The notes under the pieces: model-generated | What the model was told of the DNA's origin: nothing | The model's database searches: none | Seen by the model: only the letters and a program-made list of their open reading frames with translations | Program-made: the position numbers and the translations under genes | Origin: Glaucostegus cemiculus | Taxonomy: Eukaryota | Length of the DNA stretch: 64,000 nucleotides | NCBI GenBank assembly: GCA_976551045.1 | Contig: CDPCPM010000025.1 | Coordinates: 5,456,001-5,520,000 of the forward strand | Direction of reading: 5' to 3' | Shown here: positions 50,898 through 63,282 of the stretch, in pieces | Position numbering within the stretch: position 1 is the stretch's first letter | Layout of the letters: each line of letters begins with the position of its first letter

Positions 50898-53800
50898 CCA
50901 TAGAACAATGCAGCACAATGCAGGCCCTTCAGCCCACCATGTTGTGCCGGCCTTCAAACCACACCTACGACTATCTAACCCCTTCCTCCCACATGTCCCT
51001 CTATCTTAAATTCCTCCGTATGCTTATCTAACAATCTCTTGAACTTGACCAATATTATCTGCCTCCACCACTACCCCAGGCGGTGCATTCCATGCACCAA
51101 CCACTCTCTGGGTGAAAAACCTCCCTCTCCCTTGAACTTCCCACCCATTACCTTAAAGCCATGTCCTCTTGTTGTGAGCATTGGTGCCCTGGGAAAGAGG
51201 TGCTGGCTGTCCACTCTATCTATTCCTCTTAATATTTTGTATACCTCTATCATGTCTCCCCTCATCCTCCTTCTTTCCAATGAGTAAAGCCCTGCTCCCT
51301 TAGTCTCTCCTCATATTCCAAACTCTCTAATCCAGGCAGCATCCTGGTAAATCTCCTCTGCACCCTCTCCAATGCCTCTACATCCTTCCTATAATGAGGT
51401 GACCAGAACTGGACACAGTACTCTAAGTGTGGTCTAACCAGAGTTTTGTAAAGCTGCATCATTACTTCACAACTCCTAAACTCGATGCCATGACTTATGA
51501 AAGCTAACATCCCATAAGCTTTCTTAACTGCCCTATCCACCTGTAAGGCAACTTTCAGTGATCTGTGGATATGAACCCCCAGATTCCTCTGCTCCTCTAC
51601 ACTGCCCAGAATCCTGCCATTTACCTTGTACTCTGCCCTGGAGTTTGTCCTTCCAAAGTGTACCACCTCACACTTCTCCGGATTGAACTCCATCTGCCAC
51701 TTGTCAGCCCAGCACTGCATCCTATCGATATCCTTCTGTAAGCTTCGACAGCCATCCACACTATCCACAACACCACCGATCGTAGTGTCATCTGCAAACT
51801 TGCTAAGCCACCCTTCCACCCCCTTATCTAAGTCATTAATAAATATCACAAAAAGTAGAAGTCCCAGAACCGATCCCTGTGGGACACCACTAGTCACAGC
51901 CCTCCAATCCGAATGCACTCCCTCCACCACAACCCTCTGCTTTCTACAGGCAAGCCAATTCTGAATCCACATGGCCAAGCCTCCCTGTATCCCTTGGTCT
52001 CTGACCTTCTGAAGATGCCGACCATGTGGAACCTTGCCAAATGCCTTACTAAAATCCATGTAGACAACATCTACTGCACTACCCTTGTCAACCTTCCTAG
52101 TTGCCTCCTCAAAAGAACCCTATCGGGCTTGTGAGGCAAGATCTTCCCTTCACAAAGTAATGCTGGCTGTCCCTAATCAGTCTATGATTCTCTAAATGCT
52201 CATAGATCCTATCCCTTGGAATCCTTTCTAACAGCTTACCTACCACGGACATGAGACTCACCGGTCTGTAATTCCCTGGACTATCCCTATTACCTTTTTG
52301 AATAAGAGGACAACATTCACCACCCTCCAATCCTTCGGTACCATCCCCGTGGACAACGGGGACTCAAAGATCCTAACCAACGGTTCAGCACTCTCCTCCC
52401 TCGCCTCACGAAGCAGCCTGGGGAATATTCCGTCAGGCCCCAGGGACTTATCTGTCCTAATATTTTCTAACAACTCCCAACACATCCTCTCTCTTGATAT
52501 CTACATACTCTGGAACATTAACCGTACCAACACTGTCCTCCACGTCATCAAGGCCCCTCTCCTTGGTGAATACTGAAGAGAAGTATTCATTGAGAACCTC
52601 ACCCACCTCTACAGTGTTGGATTCAACTGTTTTTAATCAGCTTTTTAAACAAGTGTAGTGTTTAATACACCTCCAGTGGCAACACAAGAAATGTCCGCTT
52701 ACTAGCTTATTGGTTCATCCATCAGGTGAATATGTGGATTTTTTAATTGGTTGGCTTGGCCACAAGTATCTAATAGGTTTCCCGATTGGACTATAGTTAG
52801 CTAAAGAGCATCTCTTATCTCAGGTATAAAAGGTGTCGCTTTTTGTTAATCACCCTCTTGCTCTTCCTGTCTCCTGGCCTGAGCTCCTCTTTTGTTCCCT
52901 TTATCTTGGCTCATCAAAGCTAGTGCCGTGTGACTGTTTCTTTGGTTTAAATTTTTCCAATAAAACTTTGAAGCACCAAGTTGTTTTCAACTCATTCCTA
53001 GACTCCTGAAAGAGCCTGTGGATTTGAAAATAAATGGATCTGACAACAGCTTCCAGGCACATCCTCCCAATTTTGTCTTTAATCAGATCTACCTTTACTC
53101 TAGCCATCCTTCTGCTCTTCACGTATGAGAAAAAAGCTTTGGGATTCTCCTCAACCCTACTTGCCAAAGCCTTTTTATGTCCCCTTCTCGCTCTCCTCAG
53201 CTGTTTCTTAAGTTCCTTCCTTGCTACTCTATATTCCTCACAAACCCTGTCTAGTACTTGTTGCTTATGTCTTACATATGCTGCCTTCTTCTTCCTAACT
53301 AGTTGTTCCACCTCTCTCGTCACCCACAGTTCCTTCACCCTGCCATTCCTTCTCTGCCTCACCGGGACAAATTTATCCCTAAAATCCTTCAAGAGATCCC
53401 TGAACAACGACCACATCTCCATAGTACATTTCCCTTCAAAAGTGTCATCGCAATTTACACTCTCAAGTTAAATAGCCTTATAGCCTCATAATTTGCCCTT
53501 CCCCAATTAAATATCTTTGCGTCCTCTTTGCTCCTATCCTTGTCCATGACAATGCTAAATGTTAGGGAGCGGTGGTCACTGTCCCCCAAATGCTCACCCA
53601 CCGAGAGATCTGTCACCTGTCCCGGTTCATTACCTAAAACTAGATCTAATATGGCATTCCCTTTAGTTGGTCTGTTGATGTACTGTGTCAGGAATCCGTC
53701 CTGGACACACTTAAAAAACTCCGCCCTGTCTGAACCTTTGGCACTAAGCAGGTGCCAATCAATATTTGGAAAGTTGAAGTCTCCCATTATAATTTTTGTA

Positions 53801-55510
53801 ACTTTCCAAAAACTGCCTCCCAGTTTGCTCCTCAGTATCCCTACTGCTACCAGGGGGGCCTATAGAACACTCCCAGTAGAGTAACTGCTCCTTTCTTGTT
53901 CCTAGCTTCCACCCATATTGACTCTAGAGAGGATCCTTCTACATTATCTACCCTTTCTGCAGCTGTAACAGTGTCCCTGACCAGTATCACCACCCCTCCT
54001 CCTCTTCTTCTCCCCTCCCTATCCCTTTTAAAACACTGAAAACCAGGAATATTCAATATCCATTCCTGCCCTGATGTCAGCCATGTCTCTGTAATAGCCA
54101 CAATATCATAGTCCCATGTATTTATCCAAGCTCTCAGTTCATCTCCCTTATTCCTGATGCTTCTCACATTTAAGTAAATGCACTTTAGCCCATCCACCTT
54201 ACTACTTTTATAGCCTGTACTCTGCTCCTTTTTCTTCAAAGCCTCTCTACCTGTCAGATCTGACTTTTCCCCATCCCCTTCTTCCTCTGACCTACTCCTC
54301 CAGTTCCCTTCCCTTCCCCCTCGCAATCTAGTTTAAACCCTCCTGAACCACCCTAGCAAACCTGGCCACAAGGATATTACACCCCTCCCCCTCAGGTTTG
54401 GGTGTAACCTGTCCTCTCTGCACAGGTCCCACCTTCCCCAGAAGAGATCCCAATGATCCAAAAATCTAAAACCCTCCTTCCTGCACCAACTTCTTAGCCA
54501 CGCATTTATTTGCCATCTCCTCCTATTCCTACCTTCACTATCTTGAGGTCCTGTTCTTCAGCCTTCTGCCTAGTTTGCTAAACTCACTTTTCAGGACCTC
54601 ATCCCTCTTGCTACCTATGGCGTTGGTACCAACATGGACCACAACTTCCAGCTGTTCTCTCTCCCGCTCAAGAATCCTGTGGACCTGATCAGTGACATCC
54701 TGGACCCTGGCACTTGGGAGGCAACATACCATCTGGGGTTCATGCTCACTTCCACAGAACCTGCTGTTTCCCTGACTATCGAGTCCCCTATCACTACTGC
54801 CCTCCTCTTCTCCTCCCTTCCCTTCTGAGCAGCAGTACCAGTCCCAGTGCCATAGACCTGGCTACTGCTGCTAGGCCCTGGCAGGTCATTTCCCTCAACA
54901 GCTTCCAAAGCGGAAAACCTGTTATTGAGGGGAGCAGCCTCCGGGGTCCTCTGCTCTATCTGCCTGTTTGTTTTCTTTTTCCTTTCCCCTCCCCTGACAG
55001 TCATCCTTCTATCCACTTCCCAGACTCCAGAAGTACCTGCTCTAAGGGGGGTAACTGTCTCCTGATGTACAGTATCTACGTAGCTCTCCCCCTCCCTGAT
55101 GCTCCGCAGTGTTTGAAGCTGCAACTCCAACTCATAAATTTTGAGCCGAAGTTCCTCCAGCCTCAGCACTTACTGCAGACGTGGCCATCGTGGACCGCAG
55201 CAAGGACCACAGTAAGGTCCACAGCCTTCCACATCAAGCAGCTGCAGCACACCACCATGTCCTTCATCTGAACTAATTCTTTTATCCCCCTAGTTTTCTA
55301 CTTAAAACTTTATAACAGATAACAGGTAAACCTTACCTTTACCTACTTACCAGCTACTCACCCGCCTTGCCCCTTCAGTGCCTAAGCCCCTTGAGCCAAA
55401 GCCCAATCACTCTGCTCCTTCTCACTCCGCTGCCCGCTGGATATGGCGGTTTGCTTTTTAAACTAGTTGCGCTTTACATGCTGATGTCACGCACCTGCAC
55501 AGTCCAGCCC
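50898..55510 (-). mobile_element. Near full-length CR1 LINE (ORF1 zinc finger/leucine zipper plus SGNH esterase; ORF2 endonuclease plus RT), inactivated
   Basis: ORF1 from ATG 55267: CCSC...CSKC, LEELRLKIYELELQL, VIGDSIVR, VHVGTN. ORF2: YLNVRS, ITETWL, GDFN, SDH, SGVPQGS, FADD. Several frameshifts. Confidence 0.95.
52615..53045 (+). mobile_element. Solo LTR (431 bp) inserted in CR1 ORF2
   Basis: TGTTGGAT...ATCTGACA termini; 4-bp TSD ACAG (52611-14, 53046-49); TATAAAA 52825; AATAAA 52959. Confidence 0.9.
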
Positions 55511-56249
55511 CCACTATTCTCAATGAGAACTTATATTAAATAAAAACTTATAAAAAGAACCTTATAAAACAGAACCTTATAATAAAAACCTTAATAAAAA
55601 AAAGGAAAAACTTATCTGTTCTGAAGTCCCGATGCCTGCTGAAGCAAAACCCACGAAACCTCAAGTTAAGTCTATATGGAATCAGAATTTTTATTACACT
55701 ACAGTTTACTATAACATTTCTGCACTCAAGTCTGTTTTAGAATTAATTTTTCTATTTGTAATAAAGGGTAGAATTGTCAGTTAAGTCACAACTGAATGGT
55801 AGAATCTAATCTTGGTTAGATGTGAAACAGTGAACATTTGGAGGCAGTTTTAATGTTCAAGGAGCATCAAACAGGCATCAACACTGTTTTCAAAAGTTCC
55901 AAGCTACCAGACATTACATAATCCAAAACCACTTTTAAGAGCACACTGCCAGTGTTATCTTTTCTCTTCCACCACTATCAGAAATGTTTTACCGATTATA
56001 TAATCATGCCATGTATGCATACATACATTACTTGAAAATAAATCACAATGTAATCATTTTGAAAAAAATGACTTAAATAAATAATTGAAATGAAACAGAT
56101 ATCACAGGAAATGTGAGAGGCAATATAAATGTCATAAATATGGAACTCAATACAGTTTGATAAAGCTGCCATCTATACATGAAGATCAATTGTGTTAAAC
56201 ATTGCATTAGCCCAATAGTCTATTGTGAAATAACATCTTTCTGTGAGTG

Positions 56250-56820
56250 GAGACATGAGACCGTGGATGCTGTAATCTGAGCAAAAGGCAAACTACTGGA
56301 GGAATTCAGTGGGTCAGACAGAGTCTGTAGAGGCAGAGAGATGGTTACCGTTTCAGGTTGTGACCCTGCATCAGGACTGAGGGGGGATATAACCACTATA
56401 AGGAAGTGGAAAGGGGGGTTGAGGAGATAGGTGGAACCAGATGAAGGGGAAGATGATGGGCAGATGGAGCCAGCTGGGGGAAGGGATAAAATAGAGTTGG
56501 GAGTCAGTGGCTGGTGGGTGATAGTTAATGTCAGGTAAGGAGAGAGAGAAAGAAACAGATGCAGCCAGGATTGGCTGGGGTTGGGGGCGGGTGGTTGGTT
56601 AATGGGGGGAGGGTGGAGGTAGAGCCAGAGGCTGGAATGTGGTAAGTGGAGATACAAGAGACTGGAGCTGCTAGAATCTCCAGTAAGAAAGGTGATGCAG
56701 GGTCTCAGCATGAAACGTCGATTATTCCCTTGACTCCAGAGATGCTGCTTGACCTGTTGAGTTCCTCCAGTAATTTGTTTTTTCCTCCAGATTCCAGCAT
56801 CATCAGTCTCTTGTGTCTTT
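56250..56820. mobile_element. Penelope-derived terminal repeats in inverted arrangement
   Basis: Minus copy 56250-56640, short minus piece at 56648, plus copy 56690-56820. Confidence 0.7.
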
Positions 56821-57041
56821 ATTTTATGTTTTCTTAAATCAAAGTTGTTAATTTGTCATGCTTCACTAGATGATCATTCTCTGCTTGTCTTCCTTTACCG
56901 TCCCCTGACAGTAAATCACTGATGATACCTTAGCTGGATTATTTTATTTATCTATTGATTTGAAAAATGAAGGCTCATTTAATATGTTTCAGTTAGTTAA
57001 TGAAACTTCCATATAAACCAGTGTTTTATTTACTTTTTTAG

Positions 57042-57149
57042 GGATAATTCTCAAAGTACACCTGAAGCCCACAATGAATTCCTTCAGCAATATCTAACTA
57101 TATTTATTCAACCAAAACTTGTGTTCCCCAAGATTCCTGAGGTAGCAAG
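57042..57149 (+). CDS. CNBD1: CNBD1 coding exon 3 (DNSQSTPEAHNEFLQQYLTIFIQPKLVFPKIPEVA)
   Basis: Acceptor tttacttttttag, donor AG|GTGAGA, 108 nt, phase 2 to 2. Resembles recalled human SAHDTFMKQYPKVFLHQKPRLPK. Confidence 0.85.
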
Positions 57150-57269
57150 GTGAGAAATTTAAATGTGTCTTAAAATCAGCTTCACAAAAGTGACTTTATC
57201 ATTTTAAAAAGAGAGAAAATGCAGTTTATTGCTATCAAGTAATATTACTTAGAGCTCTAGGACTGATAG

Positions 57270-57605
57270 AAGTGTATGAGATTATGAGGGGCATAGATAG
57301 AGTGGACATCCAGCAGGGTGGCAATGACCAATACCAGAGGACATCAGTTTGTCAGAGGAGAAAAGTTCAGGGGAGATGACAGAGCTAGTTTTTTTACACC
57401 GAGAGTGGTGGGTGTTTGGAATGCATTGCTGGGGGTGGCAGTAAAGGCTGATACAATAGGGAAATTTAAAAGACTCTTAGATAGGCACATGGAAGTAAGA
57501 AAAATGGAGGGTTATGGGCTGTGTAGGAGGGAAGGGTTAGATTGATCATGGAGTAGGTTTATATAGGTCGGAGCAACATCATGGGCTGTGCTGTACTTTC
57601 TATGT
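57270..57605 (+). mobile_element. CR1 LINE 3' end
   Basis: ORF 57318..57545 FFTPRVVGVWNAL. Confidence 0.85.
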
Positions 57606-59254
57606 TGACTGCTAAAATGAGAAAATTGCTCAAGGTACAATTTGCATTTGCAATTTACTTATGAACAAAGTAAATAAAGTATCACTCAATGTCAGATATT
57701 CGTTGTGTGTTGGAAGCTTGCTGATCATTGTCCTCTTACACCTTCTGTCTATTTATGAGTTTTGTCAAAAGTAGTGTCCAGGCTCAGCAGTATGGGTGTA
57801 TAACAAATACAAGTTTATTATTTTGTAAATAGTCTATTATGTATTATATTATTCCTATGTTTGTACATTGTCATTTAAAACTTGGACCAATTAGCATCCA
57901 TTTTGTTTTGCACAAATAACGCATTAAGGATACTTAATTCTTGAGTGCTTAGTACCTGCAGTTTGTGTGTAAGTAGAACAAATTCATGCATCAAGCATTT
58001 ATAAATGGGATTGAGCTAAATATCATTAGAGTAAGCACTCCTTGCAAATTTGACCTGGGTATTTATTTGCCCTTGCATAGGAAATGATGTTTGGCCATGA
58101 TTTGCACAACTTATAAGAGTGTGTCACTCCATTTATGTACTTACTCTCATAAATAGGGTTCTTTTGTTGCAGATTGCTACCTTTGAGATTTCTGTACAGT
58201 TTAACCACTTTGTAACACCTTTTGTGCTTTAAATGTACATATCTGGATATTTGGCTGACTGTTTTCAGAAATCAGACTAGGCTACTGAAGCACTGTCCAA
58301 AGCCCATCAACTCTGCTGCACTCCCACAGTGAGTGAAAGTAATGAATTTGACAGTTGCAGTATTTATACAATGGGGCTCCTCAGTAGTCGCACCAATGGG
58401 TGCTATCTATTAATGGAAGAATCAATATTGTGACCATTAGCTACACTGTTTGTGTTGGGAACTTTCTCCCAGAATGCACAGCAGTGTCCATCAGACAAGA
58501 TCTTATTTCCTGAGAATCTTCAGAAATACTTTTTCCTATCTATACCTCTCACAGTCTTGGGTTTTCATAGCTAGTCCTGACAGAAATAAGAGTCCTGCTT
58601 GGGCAAGATCTTGATGCCATTCAAGGACTACTTTCTCTGTCAAGGTCACAGTCACCTTGACTGTCAACTTCTCTACCACAGGATCATTCAAAGCAGCACC
58701 AGCAGATCCTTACCATATTTCTCAATTTGCCGTCATCTTTCACTTTAGTAAGGGAGCAGAAATGTTTTGGGCACTAGGGTTTGTAAAACTTGCCGGCTTT
58801 GCTCAGCAAACGCAACTATTGACTGCACTTATGTGGTCATAGGAGCTCCACTCAATAACGCCAACCTTTTCATCAAAAGAACAGCTTCCAAATCCAGGTC
58901 ATGCTAGTTCATCAGACACTGCTCCTTATTGTAAATTCAATGCCTGTACCAATCATTCTCAGGAGAGAAAATTCCTGATTGGTGAGATGCTGCCCTCTTT
59001 GGGGCCTCCTCCTACTCCAGGCACCTTTTGCCTTAATGGGGAGGTAAAAGGACATTGGTAGACATAATGAGTTTCTGTTTTAAACGTGATCTCTGAGTGT
59101 TGATTGTATTGGTAGTACCTGAGTAGTGGTGTAGAGTGAAGCAAGGATGAATGGGACTTGAGAGCAAGTGATTTGAGATGTTTGTCATTGGGGTTCCTCT
59201 TTTTCAAGTGCATATTTGTCAAATCATGAATTTTCTTATGGGATATCATGAAAC

Positions 59255-60770
59255 GGGATATATTCAAGGTTATTACGGGAAGTGAGGGAAGAGACTGCTG
59301 CGCCTTTGGCGGCAATCTTTGCGTCCTCACTGGCCACAGGAGTAGTGCCAGATGATTAGAGGGTGACAAATGTTGTTCCTTTGTTTAAGAAAGGGAGTAG
59401 GGATAATCCTGGGAATTACAGACCAGTGAGTCTTAGTTCAGTGGTGGGCAAATTACTGGAGAAGATTCTTAGAGACAGGACTTATGAGCATCTAGAGAAG
59501 CATTGGCTGATTAGGGACAGTCAGCGTGGCTTTGTGAGGGGCAAGTCGTGCCTCACGAGCCTGATTGAATTCTTTGAGGATGTGACAAAGCACATTGATG
59601 AAGGTAGAGCAGTGGATGAGGTGTACATGGATTTTAGTAAAACATTTAACAGGGTTCCTCATGGAAGGCTTATTCAGAAAGTCAGGAGGCATGGGATCCA
59701 GGGAAACTTGGCTGTGTGGATTCAGAACTGGCTCGCCCATAGAAGACAGAGGGTGGTGGTATTCTGCCTGGAGGTTGATGACCAGTGGTGTTCTGTAGTG
59801 ATCTGTTCTGGGACCCCTGCTGTATGTGATTTTTTATAAATGACTTGGATGATGATGTGGAAGGGTGAGTTAGTAAGTTTGCTGATGATACAAAGGTTGG
59901 TGATGTTGTGAATAGTGTAGAAGGTTGCTGTAGATTACGTCAGGATATTGACAGAATGCAGATCTGGGCTGAGAAGTGGCAGATGGAGTTCAACCTGGAT
60001 AAGTGTGAGTTGATACACATCAGGAGATCAAATTTGAAGGCAGAATACAAGGTTAATGGCAGGACTCTTAACAGTGTGGCCGAACAGAGGGATCTTGGGG
60101 TCCACATCCATAGATCCCTCAAGGTTGCCACGCAGGTCGATAGGGTTGTTGGCATATGGAATGTTGGCCTTCATTAGTCGGGGTATTGAGTTCAAGAGCC
60201 ACAAGGTGATGTTGCAGCTCTATAGAACTCTGCTCAGACCACACTTGGAGTATTGTGTTCAGTTCTGGTCATCTCATTATAGGAAGGATGTGGAAGCTTT
60301 AGAGAGGGTGCAGAGGAGATTTACCAGGATGCTGCCTGGATTGGAGAGCATGTCTTATGAGGATAAGTGGAGTGAGCTAGGGCTATTGTCTTTGGAGAGA
60401 AGGAGGATGAGAGGTGACTTGATAGAGGTGTACAAGATGATGAGGCATAGATCGAGTGGACAGTCAGAGACTTTTTCGCAGAACAACAATGACTAACATG
60501 AGGGGTCATAATTTTAAGGTGATTGGAGGAAGGTAAAAGGGGGATGTTAGGGGTAAGTTTTTTACACGGAAAGTAGTGGGTGCGTGGAATGCACTGCTTG
60601 CAGAAGTTGTGGGCGCAGATACATTAGGAACACCTAAGAGACTCTTAGATAGACACATGAATTATAGAAAAATAGGGGGCTATATGGGAGGGAATGTTTG
60701 GATAGATCTTAGAGCAGGATAAAATGTCAGCACAGCAAGTAGTGCTGTAGTATCCTATGTTTTATGTACA
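59255..60770 (+). mobile_element. CR1 LINE RT to 3' end
   Basis: ORFs 59363..59839, 59908..60177 and 60056..60496. Confidence 0.95.
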
Positions 60771-61574
60771 GTATACATTCTATTTCTCCTTGGTATGGAG
60801 ATTGTTGCTGCGGCCAGACACCTTCCTAGCCAGCTCACTCCAAGCTGTCCTATTAGTAGCCCTGCAGTGTCTCCCAGCTTCCTTGCAGCACAAGACTTTC
60901 CTGCTTGCATCAGTGGAATTAAAGAGTGCATGTTACTTGGGCATGATGAATTGAGGAGCTTGCTCCTTCTCTCATGTAACTTTACTGTCAATCCTTGCCG
61001 CCATTTTTTGTGTTGGTGCTATCTATGTTTGCTGGTATGTGTGCCTTTAAGAGCTGACACAGTTGTGGGATTGGTGTACAGATTGTGTGCTGGTATTAAA
61101 AACATTGGAGTTGGAGTGGGCCATTTTGCCTGGGAAGCTGCTTTGCCATTCATCAAGATCATGGTTGAACTTCTACCTGAAATCCATTTTCGTGCACAGT
61201 CCCAATATTCCTTGATTCCTTTGATATATGGAGATCTACCTATCTCTGTTTTGAATGAACTCAGTGAGTGAGCCCTGCCAGCTTTCTGGGTAAAAAGAAA
61301 TACACTCACTATCTTCTGCATGAAGAAATATCTTCTCATCCTAGTCCTGAATGGCTTACTCTTTATTCTGAGACTGACCCCTGGTTCTAAAGTCTTTGGC
61401 TACTTTCCTGCATCCGTCTTTTGAGTCTTGTAAGAATTTTGTAAGTTTCAATGAGGTGCTCTCTCATTCTTCTCAACTCCAGAGAAAACAGGCCTAGTGT
61501 ACTCAGTTCGTCTTTTCCTGCCAACCCTGGAAACAGAGTAGTGAATCTTCACTACATTCTCTCTCTTCACTAAG

Positions 61575-62058
61575 AGACACAAGAAATTCTGCAGATGCTG
61601 GATGTATCTGGAGCAATACACAAAAAGTGCTGGAGGAACTCAGCAGGTCAGACAGCATCCATGGAGGGAAATAAATAGTCGGCGTTTCTGACCGCGACCC
61701 TTCATCAGGGCTGGAAAGGAAGAGGGTAGAAGCCAGAATAAGAAGGTGGGGGGAGGGGGAGGAGTACATGCAGGCAGGGGATAGGTAAGATCAGGTGAGG
61801 GGGGAAGAAATGGGTGGGGGAGGGGGACTCCCCCACCCCATCCACTACCTTCCCCCCTCACCTGGACTCGCCTATCACCTGAACTCGCCTATCCCCTGTC
61901 TGTGTGTACTCCTCCCCCTCCCCCCACTTCCTTGTTCTGGCTTCTGTCCTCTTTTCCAGTCCTGATGAAGGGTCTCAGACTCAAACGTCGACTCTTTATT
62001 TCCCTCTATGGATGCTGCCTGACCTGCTGAGTTCCTCCAGCACTTTTTGTGTATTGCT
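61575..62058. mobile_element. Fold-back pair of Penelope-derived terminal repeats inserted in an old minus-strand CR1 (about 61090-62120)
   Basis: 61612-61826 is the reverse complement of about 61829-62058; each arm carries a CTGATGA...AAAC core. Confidence 0.85.
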
Positions 62059-62468
62059 ATTTTATACGGAAGGAGACCAAACCTCAACAATATACTTAAG
62101 GTGTGGTCTCATCAAGGCCTTACACGATTGGTCTATTAAATTGGGCTATGTGCTAAGTAAAACAGCACAGTCCTACTTTATAGCATAATTCTGGATGAAA
62201 ATCAACTTAGTCCTTTACATAAAGGCATTTTTGGCCAATTTCATAATCTTGGTGAGAGATACCTGTGGGCATTAATATTGTACTCAGCAGTTTAATGCCC
62301 AATTTCTAGATGTATTTGCTGCTTTCAGTCATAGAAAGTGCAGTGTTGATATTGGGCAAAAGTGGATAATTTGGATTGGGAAATTTCCTTGCTCTGAGGA
62401 AGATTTAATACCTCAAATCATAAACTAATTAGTGCTTTATTTATGGATACTCCAGTTTTGTACCATAT

Positions 62469-62742
62469 AGAACCATAGAAACATAGAACAATACAGCACA
62501 AAACAGGCCCTTCGGCCCACCAAGTTGTGCCATCCTTCAAACGTCTCACAATCTAACTCTTTCCTCCCACATATCCTACTATTCCACATTCTTCCATGTG
62601 CCTATCTAACAATCTCTTGAACCTGTCCAACGTATCTGCCTCTACTACCACCCCAGGCAGCGCATTCCATGCGCCAACCACTCTCTGGGTGAAAAACTTC
62701 CCTCTGACACCTCCCCTAAACTTTCCACCCAATATCTTAAAT
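62469..62742 (-). mobile_element. CR1 LINE 3' end, same subfamily as 50898-51160
   Basis: (CATAGAA)n-type tail; ccaccccaggcagcgcattccatgcgccaaccactctctgggtgaaaaac shared with about 51070-51120. Confidence 0.9.
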
Positions 62743-63282
62743 CCTAAACATTTTTAGTACTTTTGTATTTGTGGGTAGTAAATTGAATGATTTGTACTTC
62801 CTGATCTCTGGTTGTCCCCAGAGCCACCGAAGTAGTTTAATTGTATACTCACTGTTGTGGGGAATGTAATAAATTTGCACATGGGTCACTCATATTACAA
62901 TGAGATAATAACCAGGTAATCTGACATTGTATATTGAGGCTTAAATATTTGTAAAGGACATGTGAGAATGGCCCTGCTCTACTTTAACGTTGTGTCATGT
63001 TCACTAGAAAGTGAGAGAGACACACGGTCTTTGCTTAACATTTCATTTGAAAGATAGCAGCTTTGACTGTGCAGTGGTCCCCCAGTACTGTAAGTACTGA
63101 GCTGTCAGTCTGGATTATGTGCTTAAATCTTGAGATTTCTAATGTAGTTTTGATGTACTATGATTTTGCCAGCTGCATAAATATATGTCTACATTAAGTA
63201 AACAGATTTAACCTCTGGCAACATTTCAAATGCAAGAATTCATTTTTGCCTTTTAAATTTATGCTTTTATCTTAAAAAGCAG

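Noticed and set aside
51262-52059. 265-aa RT ORF as a domesticated or active gene
   Set aside because: It is a fragment of a frameshifted CR1 ORF2 that is also interrupted by an LTR.
58959-59369. 136-aa minus-strand ORF
   Set aside because: Its first part is antisense CR1; the remainder has no recognisable motif or splice support.
60755-61339. ORFs of 78-158 aa on both strands in CNBD1 intron 3
   Set aside because: They overlap decayed repeats (CR1 3' end on the minus strand) and show no recognisable protein similarity.
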